Shown: positions 38,125-50,199 of the stretch, piece after piece | Layout of the letters: every line of letters starts with the position of its first letter | Position numbering within the stretch: position 1 is the stretch's first letter | Source of the DNA: Chiloscyllium plagiosum | Lineage: Eukaryota | NCBI RefSeq assembly: GCF_004010195.1 | Contig: NC_057728.1 | Span: forward strand, 49,089,065-49,153,064 | Direction of reading: 5' to 3' | DNA length: 64,000 bases | Notes under the pieces: generated by a model | Seen by the model: the letters and a program-made list of their open reading frames with translations, nothing else | Databases searched by the model: none | Told to the model about the DNA's origin: nothing | Position numbers and translations under genes: made by a program

Positions 38125-38240
38125 CAGCACTAGCGTCTGACACAGCCCTTGATATTGCACTACTAGAAATGGCTCTGTTTCGATTCATGATTTCCTCAAA
38201 TTCTGCTTCACTCAGTGGAGTCCTTGAAGAATCCATGTCT
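38125..38240 (-). CDS. CPSF6: CPSF6 coding exon 7
   Basis: aacag|A acceptor; [45 protein letters not shown] donor; 116 nt. Confidence 0.97.
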
Positions 38241-39589
38241 CTGTTATAGAAAGTAAAGCAGACAAAAGCAAGCTGAGCACAAATTTATTTTTTGTAATCA
38301 CAGCAACAAAACTGATACTTTTCCACTTTCTAAACTGATCTATTGGATAAAGTAGAGAGGAAAAACAAAAGAAGAAAACCATTTCTGGCAAATTTCTTTG
38401 TGCATGCTAATGCTGGAATTTCTTTCCCACTCACGAATGATAAATGGTGACGTCAAAATTCAGATGAAGCCTTAAGTTTTACACACCTTACTGTGTTTGG
38501 ACCTAATTTCTTAAGATCAAATCTACTTTTATCCAATTGTATTTTATCCATTCAATTATCATTACTGCCACCTGGAGTATTATTACACTTTATTGTAATT
38601 TCATTGCTTTATGAGTCAAAACTTAACCCATGTTCTAAACAGAGCGCAATGAAACTTTACAAACGGTGGACAGAGAAAGGACTGTTCTAAAACAGAGATT
38701 TATCAGGATGGCCACATGATTTGACAGCAAGTGATTTAATATCTACTGTGTACTTTGTGAAAGAAAACCAAACATCAAAGGATGTGGATAGCTGAAGATG
38801 GATCATCTCAACATCGGAACCAGGAAGCAAAGTCCACTGAACTGACACCAGTTTTTTTTCTAGCTCTGCTAATAGTGTATCTTCTCTAATTGTTTGTCTG
38901 TGAGTACGCATATATTTAAGAGGCACTTTATAACTTGGTCTGTATTTTCTATTAACATTGATCTAAAAGTCAGGTAAACTGGGATAGGGTGCATACTTCA
39001 ATAAATGAACACATCAGGAATAGCAGGGCTCAAATTACAGTAGGTTGTAATACTTTGATAAAGAATCAAATCACATCATATTTCCTGTTACACTACACAA
39101 GTTATCGAACTTAATGTCAAAGTTAGTTCATTTGTTCAATCAGGTACTTTGAAAAAGGAGAAAAACTAACTTCCATTTAAGACAGAAGTTCACCACCTTT
39201 TGCTGTAAATTCATATATTTAAGTGCTATAATATGCCTTTGCCTATTCACGCAACGACAAATGCACTCCTCTCCAAACATGCAAGAGTAACATTGATTGT
39301 CATCAGGCAGAAGCCAATTTAAACAAGAGTTTGTATGGCTGAAGCCAAACCATATCAACATATTTAAAAGACCACCAACAGATGCAACAGAGCTACAAAT
39401 TAACGACAGTTTAACATCACGCTGGGGAGAGAGTTTAAATCACAACCTCTTTTCAACAGTCAACCATTAGTGGATTTTCACCCAAGTCTTAGGAGTCTAC
39501 ATAAAATGTAATCACCACAGTCACTTTATCAACCATACACATTAATAACTGACAATTTGCAAAGCTAAACTAAGATACACAAACATTAC

Positions 39590-40091
39590 CTGCCAGCAGG
39601 TCCATAGTCTCCTCTATCATATGGTGGAGGACGCCCATATGGATCTGATGGAGGAGGTCCACGGCTGTCAGATGAGGGAATTACATTACTTGCTGGTGGT
39701 GGGAAGAAAGCAGGATTCACATGAGGGGCTGGAGGTGGTGCACCAGGTGGTGGTCCAGGGAGATGGGGAGGTGGAGCAAGATTAATTGGTGGGCCAATTG
39801 GGCCTGGAGGACGTGGTGGAAAGGGACCAGGTGGTGGGGGTGGCCCTTGTTGGGGAGGAGGGGGGCCAGGGGGAGGACCGTAGCCTGGAACAGGAGGGGG
39901 AGGACCAGGAGGGAGTGGTCCCATGGGAGGTTGCCCAAACGGTTGTCCTGGAAACAGAACTGGGGGCGGAGGACGATCACCACGGTTTGGTGGCCCACCT
40001 AATGGAGGAGGTAGACCTTGTCCAGGTGGAGGCGGACCCGGGGGGCCTGGTGGACCAGGAGGACCTGGAGGTGGTCGTGGTGGACCTTGCC
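39590..40091 (-). CDS. CPSF6: CPSF6 coding exon 6 (proline-rich domain with FG motif)
   Basis: ttttgtcag|GG acceptor; GQGPPRPPPGPPGPPG...PVLFPGQPFGQPP...PHVNPAFFPPP...YDRGDYGPAGR; AG|GTAATG donor; 502 nt; matches ORF 39586..40134. Confidence 0.97.
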
Positions 40092-40861
40092 CTGACAAAA
40101 ATAAAAAGATGCTGTCACATTCAAAGAAATGCAATTTACATGATTCACTTGATAGTCAAGATTACATGGATTACATTTAGATCAATATTTAACACTAATA
40201 ACTTTGCATTACAATTTCTTTAAGTTTAATAAATGCTCAAAATAACATCAAAATGGAAACAGCACTTGAACATGTCAATCAGCATTTAAAAAAAAAATTG
40301 CCTTGTCAGCTATTCCATCTATTTACTAATTGAGAAACTGTCCAACTGATACTTATAAAACATATCACTTAATTGGTCACAACATCATCCCAAGCGCAAA
40401 GAATGCCAAAGTAGCTAGAATACATAACACATTGCTATTTGCAAAATTTTGAGACAAATTGCTTTCACAACTAAGATTAGGCTTGACGCATGTTCTCAGT
40501 ACTTGTTATCCATCAGGGATGAACATGGACTTCCCGCATAAAACAAAATTCCAGAAATCACTCCTATGTAACACAGATGGTGTGTGGATTTGAGGTTTTC
40601 AGCCAACTTTTCCAGTTGTTAGATCAGACATCAGCAATAAGTGACCTGACGTGAGTGAAAAGCAGTGTCTGAAACAATGTAAGGGGAGGGGGGAGGCATT
40701 TAGAGTATGAGAATGCATGCATGGAGCATGAACTCCTAACCTTGATGAGCTGGATGATATACCATGGAAACTATCTAATACTGAAATGAACTCTAAAAAC
40801 GATTTGGACCTATGGGGCTTTATTATCACCTTAACCTGTGCTGTTAATTAGTTTTGCTCAC

Positions 40862-41032
40862 CAGGAAAAGGTGGAGGCCCTCCTGGTCCAGAAGGCCCTG
40901 GGAATCTGTCCCCACCAGGGCCAGATGGTGGGAAACGACCACGTCCTCTTCCACTCTGAGAAAATGCTAATCGACTGTTAGCTCCAGGCGGGCCAGCTTT
41001 CCCTTCCCCTGACATTTGGCCAGACTGAGTAG
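40862..41032 (-). CDS. CPSF6: CPSF6 coding exon 5 (Gly/Arg-rich linker, start of Pro-rich region)
   Basis: gcag|CT acceptor; TQSGQMSGEGKAGPPGANSRLAFSQSGRGRGRFPPSGPGGDRFPGPSGPGGPPPFP; G|GTGAGC donor; 171 nt. Confidence 0.96.
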
Positions 41033-41815
41033 CTGCAATAATTATAAAACACCAATTATTTTGCTAAAAATTACAACTTAACAAACAGAGCAAACAAATA
41101 TCAAAACGTTTGGTCAAGTAATAGCTTTTGAGATCAGATTTACAGAACCTACAATTGACGGGTAATACATCTGTACTTCTGCGAGCATGTAGTACCAGAG
41201 AGCACACCAGGTGATGCCCAAATTCTCACATCACTGAACAGATACAAGTATAAATTAAGTGCACTTGGATTTCAAATGCACACGTTTTCAAGTATGCACC
41301 CTACATTGCGTCATGGAATGACTGTGTCAACCAGTTTTCGCTTAAAATCCAAAGTTTACATAATTTTAGATTCATGAGCTACAGATTGTCATTGCCGGTA
41401 CACAAGAAAGCATGACAATCGATGCGCACAACAGTGCCAGAAACAGCATGCTTTCTTTTGGTTTAAAGTAAACTTGGCCGTCAGATGACAAACTTCTTGC
41501 TCTTGATAATGATGTGGGATTTTTCATTGTCACCTCAACAGGTAGGAGTTTCTATTAATCCGTATCAGATATTGCACCACCAATAAGACAGTCTCTTAGT
41601 AATTACACAGACACATTAAGGTGAGTGCTCAAATTTTAAGAGTGGATGTAGGATTCAAATCATAAAAGATAAGGTTTATTGCCAATTAAATCAAATTTAA
41701 AATTAGTATTAAAGACACAATTCAATCATACAAAGTTAAAACTTTTATATAACTTCTAACAGAGCACAAAGATGCTAAATAATGTTAAACAGTGCATGTA
41801 TTTATAGACTCTTAC

Positions 41816-41961
41816 ATTTTCTAGACTGCATTTCAAACTGACTGAGTGACTGTTTATTGCATGGTGTGACGATAGGATTCTGTCCATGCATATCTCGTTT
41901 GGGCAGCATATCCATCAGTTTTTTGGATGAACTTTCTGATCCCACACAAATGAGGGCAAAC
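41816..41961 (-). CDS. CPSF6: CPSF6 coding exon 4 (RRM)
   Basis: cag|G acceptor; FALICVGSESSSKKLMDMLPKRDMHGQNPIVTPCNKQSLSQFEMQSRK; T|GTAAGA donor; 146 nt. Confidence 0.97.
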
Positions 41962-42263
41962 CTGGTTTAAAAATAAAATATAAAATAACCACAGTTAATT
42001 GCATTTTGCCTTTTAATAACACTAAATGCTGTTTGTCACTTGTGCCAAATCTTGCTCCATACATTATTACACAATTTTGTACAATTTGTTTTGACATATT
42101 CCAATATTTGTAGGATTTGATATGACAAGTTTCTGATGAATTCTCCCTGCATTATATAGGTTTTACTCATGATGTTAGAATTACAATTCACCGCAGATCC
42201 ATTTTTTAGACTAAAATAAATTACAAATAGAACACTACTAAGTTGTTCCATAAAGCAAGGCAT

Positions 42264-43185
42264 GACAGATGGAGTTAAATTTAGAGAAATGCATTGCATT
42301 TGCCTTGCATTTTGATAAGGCAAACCAGGGCAGAACCTATAATTAATGGTAGGGCTTTGGGAATGTTGCCAAAGAGACCTGGGGTGCAGGTGACGAAGGC
42401 AGCATTCGACACTTTATTGCACTGGTCAATGCATTGCGTCTAGAAGTTGGGATGTCGTATTGCAGTTGTACAGGACACTGATTATGATATTTTTCAAATA
42501 CTGCATTCAATTCTGGTCTCCCTGCAAGAAGAGGGGGGATATTGTTCAACTTGAAAGGGTTCAGAAAAGATCAAGAAGAATGTTGCTAGGATTGGAGAAT
42601 TTGAACTGTAGGGAGAGGTTGAATAGGCCGGGGCATTTTCCCCTGAAGCAGAGGCCGAAGGGTGATTTCGAGAGTCACAAATGTACAGCACGGAAACAGA
42701 CCCTTCGGTCCAACTCATCCATGCCAACCAGATATCCTAACCTAATCTCGTCCCATTTACTAGCACGTAGCCCATCTCTCTCTAAACACTTCCTATTCAT
42801 AAACCCATTCAGATGCCCTTTAAACTGCTGTAATTGTACCAGTCTCCACCACTTCCCTTCATAAAATCAAAGGGCATGGATAATGGGAAGTCAAGACTTT
42901 TTACCCAGGGTAGAGCAGCCCAAAACTAGATGGCATAGGTTTAAGGTGAGGGGGAAAGATTTAAAAAGGACCCGAGGCGCAACTTTTTCTTGGAGAGTGG
43001 TGCATGTATGGAACAAGCTGCCAGAGCTGTAAGAGGCTGGTACAATGACAACATTTAAAAGAGGTACATCAACATGAAGGGTTGAGGGGGATGTGGGCCA
43101 AACGCTGGCAAATGGGACTAGATTTATTTAGGATATCTGGTCAGCATGGATGAGTTGGACCGAAGGGTCTGTTTCCATGCTATCC
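42264..43185 (+). mobile_element. CR1-clade LINE 3' fragment containing an opposite-orientation CR1 tail (~42671-42860)
   Basis: LYRTL...YCIQFWSP...LERVQKR motif; embedded reverse-complement 3'UTR. Confidence 0.88.
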
Positions 43186-43233
43186 AACTCGCTTACAAGG
43201 ATTTTAAAAAAAGAATCCATCATGTGCTCTCAC

Positions 43234-43337
43234 CCCTTTGACTGTCCATTAGCCCGGTTCTCAAAGAATTTGATTTCTAAAAGATCAGTTATGCCCATTG
43301 AATGGAGAGCTTCAGTCAAATCCTCATCTGTGGTCCA
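43234..43337 (-). CDS. CPSF6: CPSF6 coding exon 3 (RRM)
   Basis: cag|TGG acceptor; [43 protein letters not shown] donor; 104 nt. Confidence 0.97.
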
Positions 43338-44242
43338 CTGCAAGACAATATGGGGAAAAATGAATACTTGAAAGACACATAATACATTAAAACAGATGAT
43401 TTGAACCGCATTCAGATTCTAATTTAACTGCTGAATTTATACAAGATGCTTGACCATCAAATATGGAGGAGTGAAAGACGTAAATTACATCAAGTGTAAA
43501 CATGAGGATTTTCAGAGTACACCACAAATCCTTCAATATAATCAGACTGAAATGCAGTTTTTAAAAACAAATCTATAAAGTTTTGTTTCCTAACTGCTGA
43601 GAATCCTAGGCAGCATCTGTTACACGTAACTAATGTTCGTGTTTGAAATTCTCTAAAACAATAGATCGGACACATTTGTTTGTCACTAGGGACAAGTTAA
43701 TATATGTTTCACATTGGATAGCTAACTCATCATTGCAGATCCCATAGGAGCCTGTACATCTCTCCCTACTGGGATAAATGGTGGAAACAACTGTCACAAG
43801 CAGATGGGCTTGACTTTTAAATTGATTCACTGCTGAATATATGCAGCAACTTCTTGTGCAAAGCAGCAGATTTCACCCAAAATATTCTGTCTAACTGTTA
43901 CTGAGCTGAAACAGGAACTTTTGTAATTTTAACTAATTATATTTACTCGGAAGGTGGTAGCATACTGATAATGATGCTCCAACTACTAATTCAGGTTCAA
44001 GTGAATAGGTGAGACACTGTCAAAACCCACCATATCTGCTGGTGGAATTGAAGTACTTTTTAAAAAAAAATTAACATCTGCAATCAAAACCTTCTATCAG
44101 GAATGGTGACCATGAAAACATCATTGATTGCTGTTAAATTAATAACTTTCTGATCCACCAGTCTTCTTTAAGGAAGGAAATTTGCCATCTCAACTATTAA
44201 ATCAAACTCTTAGCAAATGTCAAGGCCAAAAAAAAAACTTAC

Positions 44243-44461
44243 CCAAGTCAGATTTCCAATATACAAAGCTATTCTCTTGCCAGTATACGTATATACAATA
44301 TTTGGGCCCAAAGAATTAGGAGTTTTGCCACCATCATCAGAGACAGACTGTGGCATGCTATCCATGTAATCACGATCTTCTGGTGCATCTCCATTATTGG
44401 CAGATGGTGATATGACATCATCATACAAATCTATCTGATCATGACCACTGTATTCTGTCTC
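44243..44461 (-). CDS. CPSF6: CPSF6 coding exon 2
   Basis: tttag|GAG acceptor; ETEYSGHDQIDLYDDVISPSANNGDAPEDRDYMD...YTYTGKRIALYIGNLTW (start of RRM, RNP2 LYIGNL); TGG|GTAAGT donor; 219 nt, phase 0-0. Confidence 0.97.
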
Positions 44462-45559
44462 CTAAATAAAGAACAAAGTTCAGGATTTTTATTAAAGTGT
44501 TTAATTGTGGAAATTTTTGCTGAATAAAAAAAAGTGTTCTGTATGAACATAAACAATTTGATCCTGAAAAATGAACATTTAAGTGTAGGTCAATGACTAA
44601 AGATAGCCTATCCTATAACATTATGATCTCCTTTCAAACCAATAATTTTTTAAAATGTGAATATTAAAAAAGAATTACAGAAGCATTTACATTTCAAACA
44701 AAACCTTGAGTGTATAAGAGTTGAACACATCAGTAACAGCTCTTTCACAAACACATACTTAATAACCAGTTTTTATTTTCACCTCAAGAGATCTGTACCT
44801 TACTGTACCTGAAGGGTTCCTTCCCTTCTCTTGGGACCAAAGGAGGTGTACCACTGCTAACAGATTCTCTTCAGCGATCTTGCTATGAGATTTCTTGGGG
44901 AGCTTCCGACTTTCCTTCAATAATTCATAATTGTAAATTCCGCAGATTTCTTGCTTAGTTACGCTAAGCCAGTGAACACCATTGATCTAGGATAGCCCTG
45001 TGCCACTAGTCTGTATTTCCTTTACTTGTCTCAAACCTGCTTCCAGGCTCCAACTGCTTCCGAGAGAAAATAGATGACTAAATACAAAACATTAAAACCT
45101 AACCCCACAACAAGGTGATCTAGGATATACCAGATACAAAATTTTGTCACATTACTGACTTCTACCTTGTAGATGGTGGTCAGGTTTTCAAGAAACAGAA
45201 GATGGTTACTTGCTGCACATTTCCTACCCTCTGAACTGCTCTTGTAGCCATTGTACTTATATGGCCAGTCCAGTTCCATTCAATGAACCCACCCAGATGT
45301 CGAGGCAGTCACTCATGACACTCTGAAGTTTGCCCCTACTTTGTGTCCCTTCATTGATCAATACATCATCTGTTTTAATACCCTGAAATCAATCATGTCT
45401 CATCTCATATTCAACTTTTGCGTAACACCTTATGATACCTTTTAGGTATCCAAATACTTTATGTACTGCTTGCAATTTACATCTTCAAAGCTACCAAAAC
45501 ATTTGTCAAACATTATTGCCCTTTTGAAAAACCACATTAACACTCTTATTGCACTATGG

Positions 45560-46310
45560 CTTAAATACAGAAACACTAACAACAGATGGTGTATGCCATC
45601 TGACCCTTCAAGCCTGCTCCACTGCTCAATATCTTGGCCGATCATCCAACTCAGTACTCTATTCTCACCTTCTCCTAATGCTCTTCAATTTCTTTAGCCA
45701 TAAGAATTATATCTAGCTCCTTCCTGAAAACATTCAAGGTTTTGGCCTCAACCATTTTCTGGGACAGAATTCCACCGGCACACCACTCTGGGTGAACAAA
45801 TTTCTCCTTAACTCAGTCCGAAATGGACTACCTGACAACCTTACCAATCATGACCCAAGACATCGGGAACATCCTTCCTGCACTCATCCCGACTTGTCTT
45901 GTTAGAATCATAAAAGTTTCTATGAGATTCCCTCTCATTCTTCTAGTGAAAATAATCCTAACCAATCCAGTCTTGCTTCACATGTTAGTCCTACTTTCTT
46001 AGGAATCAGCCAGGTAAATCTTTATTGCACCCACTCCATAGTCATAACATATCCTCAGATAAGACAGAAACTGCACACAGCATTCCAGGTGTAGTTTCAT
46101 TGAGACCCTATACAACTGAAGCAAAACATTTGTACTCTTGTGCTTGAGTCGCCTCACTGCAAAGGCCATCATACCATTTGGCATTTTCACTGCTTGCTGC
46201 ACCTGTATTCTTACTTTTAGTGACAGTACAAATACACCAACATCTTATTGCATCTGCCCTTTTCACAATCTATGACCATTCAAATATTAAATCAGCCTTC
46301 CTATTTCTGC
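45560..46310 (-). mobile_element. Old CR1/L2-type LINE 3' fragment
   Basis: ORF 45999..46202: LLQLYRVSMKLHLECCVQF. Confidence 0.75.
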
Positions 46311-46669
46311 TAACATGGACACATTTATCGACTATGTACTAATGTTCTGTTAATAACAGGTTCCACAATTTTCCCAATATTATGCAGAATAGGTAAACTA
46401 ACAGCTTAGTTCTTCTAAAGAAAAGTTTCTGAAAACTTTTGCGTCCACCAAGATGAAAGAACTTCAGTCAGCATGGTGCTCAACACAACATGCTTTCAAC
46501 CTCAAAACTAGAAACCAGTCTCAATTCTGGGCATTAACTTACTGGCATAAATCTAGGGTGCTTGTGAATCAGCCTTTAGTACAGACTCAAAAATGCCAGA
46601 AGATTTCAGAGGATGCTGTGGAGGAGCCGATGTTGATATGACATTAATGTTTTGCTATAAGAGCTATGT

Positions 46670-46775
46670 CTTATGAGCCTATACTCCACAACCATCTGAT
46701 GAAGGAGCAGTACTCCGAAAGCTAGTGCTTCCAAATAAATCTGTTGGACTACAACCTGGTGTTTTGCGATTTCTC
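46670..46775 (+). mobile_element. Penelope-type terminal repeat with hammerhead core
   Basis: CTGATGA-AGGAG-CAGTA-CTCC-GAAA-GCTA at 46696-46724, then AATAAA. Confidence 0.7.
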
Positions 46776-48489
46776 ACTAATTTCGGAGGATCTTAGCTGT
46801 ACAAACAATTGAAGAAATTCAAACAGCGATGTTCAAGCACAAAGTGAGCATACTTTGGCAATGCATGAACTTGAACTGAAATAAGATGAAGCAATTTGTG
46901 ACGCATTCCCAAAAAAAAAGGCTTGAATCCACAGTCTATCAATTGATAGATATAGTTCAAATCATTGAACAGGTACTGATAGTGAACAGATTTAGGTATT
47001 CCGATTTAGGATTTCTTCACCAATGAAGAACGAGTGTGAAAGAAAAACAAAAATAAATTTATCTGCATTGATTTGTCTTGCAAATGTGCAATTTCTAAAA
47101 TTTGATGGACTTCATGGTGCACAGGTTACATGCTGAAGGCCTGACATAAGATAATTTATTAACACTGAACTTTCATTACAGTTTTATACAATAAATTCCC
47201 ACCTTCAAAAGGATGTCAAGAAAAAAAATGGAGATGCGCATTTTGGGAAAATTTCATTTAAAGAGCCAATCCTTGAGAAACGAATGTCTTACGTAACAGC
47301 AATTATATTCCTAAAATAGTTCAAGGTCTCACTAATAGCAGACCAGGAATTCTGCCAAATATATGATGTCATGTTAAACTTAACTTTAATAGCGGCTGAA
47401 GGAATTGATGACTAGCCTAATTTCTTCTGAGAAAGTGGTCAGATCAACGACGCAGCATTATCCCCTTCCACAGAAAAATATTTCACTAAACCAAAATAAC
47501 CCAAGTTACTGAAGGAAGCTACTTAATCCAGAGCCTGTATCGATTATTTCAAGAGCAATCCAGTTGGTTATGCTTTCCCATATCCCTGCAATATCTTCTC
47601 TTCCAAAATATTCCCTCTTGAAGGTTACGATAATCTACACAATAACCAACCAGGTGGCAGATTCCAACTTTTTACCAGCAGTTGCATAGCAGCACCCTGA
47701 TTCCACGGTCCATCTTAAGTTGTGCTCTCAAGTTACTCAACATCTGACATCATAAAAGTTAGATATTTACTAAACCTTTTTGATTTTAAAAGCATCTATT
47801 AAATTTACTCAGCCTTCTCTGTTTTAAGGAAACAAACCCTAGCTTCACCATGCAAGTATCTGTCAAGTAAGAACCATTCCAGAATCACATACCAAATGTT
47901 TGGATTTTCTATGTTTCCCAGAAGTAATGGTTGCTGCTTTTCAGTGTATAACAAAGTAACAATAAAACTAATGGTTCACATGGAAAATCTTTCCAAGCTC
48001 CCTGTCAAACATGGTGAGAAGTTCACTTTTGAAGCACACAACAATAATATAAATATTATGCAAGTCAGTTTAACCCTTCAGCTTCATTGGGCCAAATGCA
48101 TTGTAATGTGAACCATAACTCTGGATTATAGTCAGGTTCATCTTAACTGCAAAATTATACTAAGCAGTTCACTGACAAAGAAATTGTTTCATGAAAATTG
48201 ACAAAGCCGGTGAAACAGGCCAATTAAACCAAAGTGATCAGAAGAACTTATCACTTATTAATGGCCACTGGTAGGCATGTTTGATATTCATTACTTGAAA
48301 AATAGGGAGCACCAAATGGAAACGACAATGCCGGAGTGCAACGAAAAATGAGAACCAACGTGGTAATCTGGTGATGGTGGGGTGTCACTGCTATCTTCTT
48401 GCCAACCAAGCTATAATGTAGATTAACAGTCCAACTATTGAAAGAATACTTTAAATGCCAGCTATTTAACAAGCAAAGCTTAAACTGGA

Positions 48490-49850
48490 ATTGAAGGTCA
48501 GTTCGCCAAACCAGTTGATATTTTTGCTAACATTTCATCCCCCTACTGGGCGACATCTTCAGGGGTATGTGGCCTCTGGATGAAGTGCTGTTGTTATGAT
48601 CTGCCCCGAATTTATACAGTTCTCTGTCAGGGAGGGTGGTTCTATTTTGGGTTTTATGTCATAGTGGTCTGTACATGATTATTTCACTACCTCTGTTAAT
48701 GGCCCCAGTGGATGAATACCAGGCCTCCAAGAATTCCTGAGCTGTCTTAGTTTTATCTGCCCCAGCTGAATCAGTGTCCTTCATTGTCAGTGCGTATTGA
48801 CATAAGGGAGAACTGGTGGTATCATTTTGTTGCAAGCTGATGCTCATGCTTTCTGGTGATGAGTTTTCTGCCTGTTTTTCCTATGTAATGTTTTGCGCAG
48901 TTGTTGCATTGTATTTTGCGCATCACATTCAACCTGCACATTATGGATATCCGGTCTTTTGTCTTGGAAAGTAGCTGACCAAGTGTGGCTTTTGGTTTGT
49001 GCGCGGTCATTATTCCCAAAGGATGTAAGAGTCTTGTAGTCAGTTCTGAGAAGTTTCTAATAGATGGTCAGTATGTTAGGGCACACAGTGTCTTCTTGGT
49101 GCTGTCTGCATGCTAGACACTGGTGGATGAATTTGTTAGGGTATACATTATGAGCAAAGATTTTGTATAGCTGTTCCTCTTTTTGACAGGCTCTGGAGCC
49201 TTGACACAGCTCTGTTTGTGAACACTGTGATTACTGTTGTAATTAAAAATCCACTCTGTATGTGTCGCCTTTCTGTACACTTTGGTAAAGTATTCACCAC
49301 TTAGTTCGTTCTACCAGAATAACGACAGCACACAAATAGCCATACTTCACCAGGTACTATTCAAGACAAAAGCCCCCATACCCACTACACACAGCAGGAA
49401 TGTGATATACCAAATACAATGCAGCAACTGCAAGAAACATTACATAGGACAAACAGGCAGGAAACTCACCAGAGTACATGAGCATAAATTTGCAACAAAA
49501 CGAAACAACTAGCTTTCCCTCATGTCAATACATGTTGATAATGATGGACACCAATTCAAATGGGACAGGCAAAATAAATACAAGCTCAGGAATTCCTAGA
49601 GGTCTGGTATTCATCCACTGGTGCCATAAACAAACATGTTGAAATAGACCCCATCTACAGACCACTACAGTACAAAACCAGAAATAACTACCCACCATCA
49701 CAGACAAAAACCATACAAATTCAGGTCAGATAACAAAAACAACCAGAGGCTATTCTGTACTGAAGATGTCACCTAGTAGAGGGGCAAAATGTTTAGAGAT
49801 AAAAAAACCAACCAACCACAACCTGAGCTACAGATCTTCACAAAAACATT
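48490..49850. mobile_element. Penelope-like element: two inverted GIY-YIG endonuclease fragments with terminal repeats
   Basis: Minus NVMRKIQCNNCAKHYIGKTGRKL..RKHEH (48822-49019) and plus NVIYQIQCSNCKKHYIGQTGRKLTRVHEHK (49282-49512); hammerhead-like cores at ~48530-48562 (-) and ~49760-49790 (+). Confidence 0.85.
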
Positions 49851-50199
49851 TAACAGCTTAAACTGCTCAGCAGTGGCAGTTATCCATCAATAAATTGAAT
49901 AGCTGTTACAAATAATTTTGAGTGGCTTACTTGGAAATTTGGTGCGTGTAAAATACTCCACAAGTAAGGAGGTGCTGCTTTTTACACACTTTTTCAGCAT
50001 GCAATTGCTGGTGAATGCCTGAAGGCATTAATTTGGTAAGTAGTAAGACTTGGTGAGTTCAAGACTTTATCCCACAGGCACAGTCGTTTAAACTGCTACT
50101 GGGGAAATACAATAATGTATTAAGTATATAACATGTTATAATTATTAATGTAGATGTCAGCTGAATAATTAGATTTTATCTTTTGGAAATAGTTAAATA

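Noticed and set aside
39717..40223. Several overlapping ORFs (93-145 aa) on both strands
   Set aside because: Shadows of the GC-rich, proline-rich CPSF6 exon 6.
40819..40824. AATAAA ~40 nt into intron 5 as an intronic poly(A) site
   Set aside because: Very close to the 5' splice site, no clear downstream element, and the hexamer is common in AT-rich DNA.
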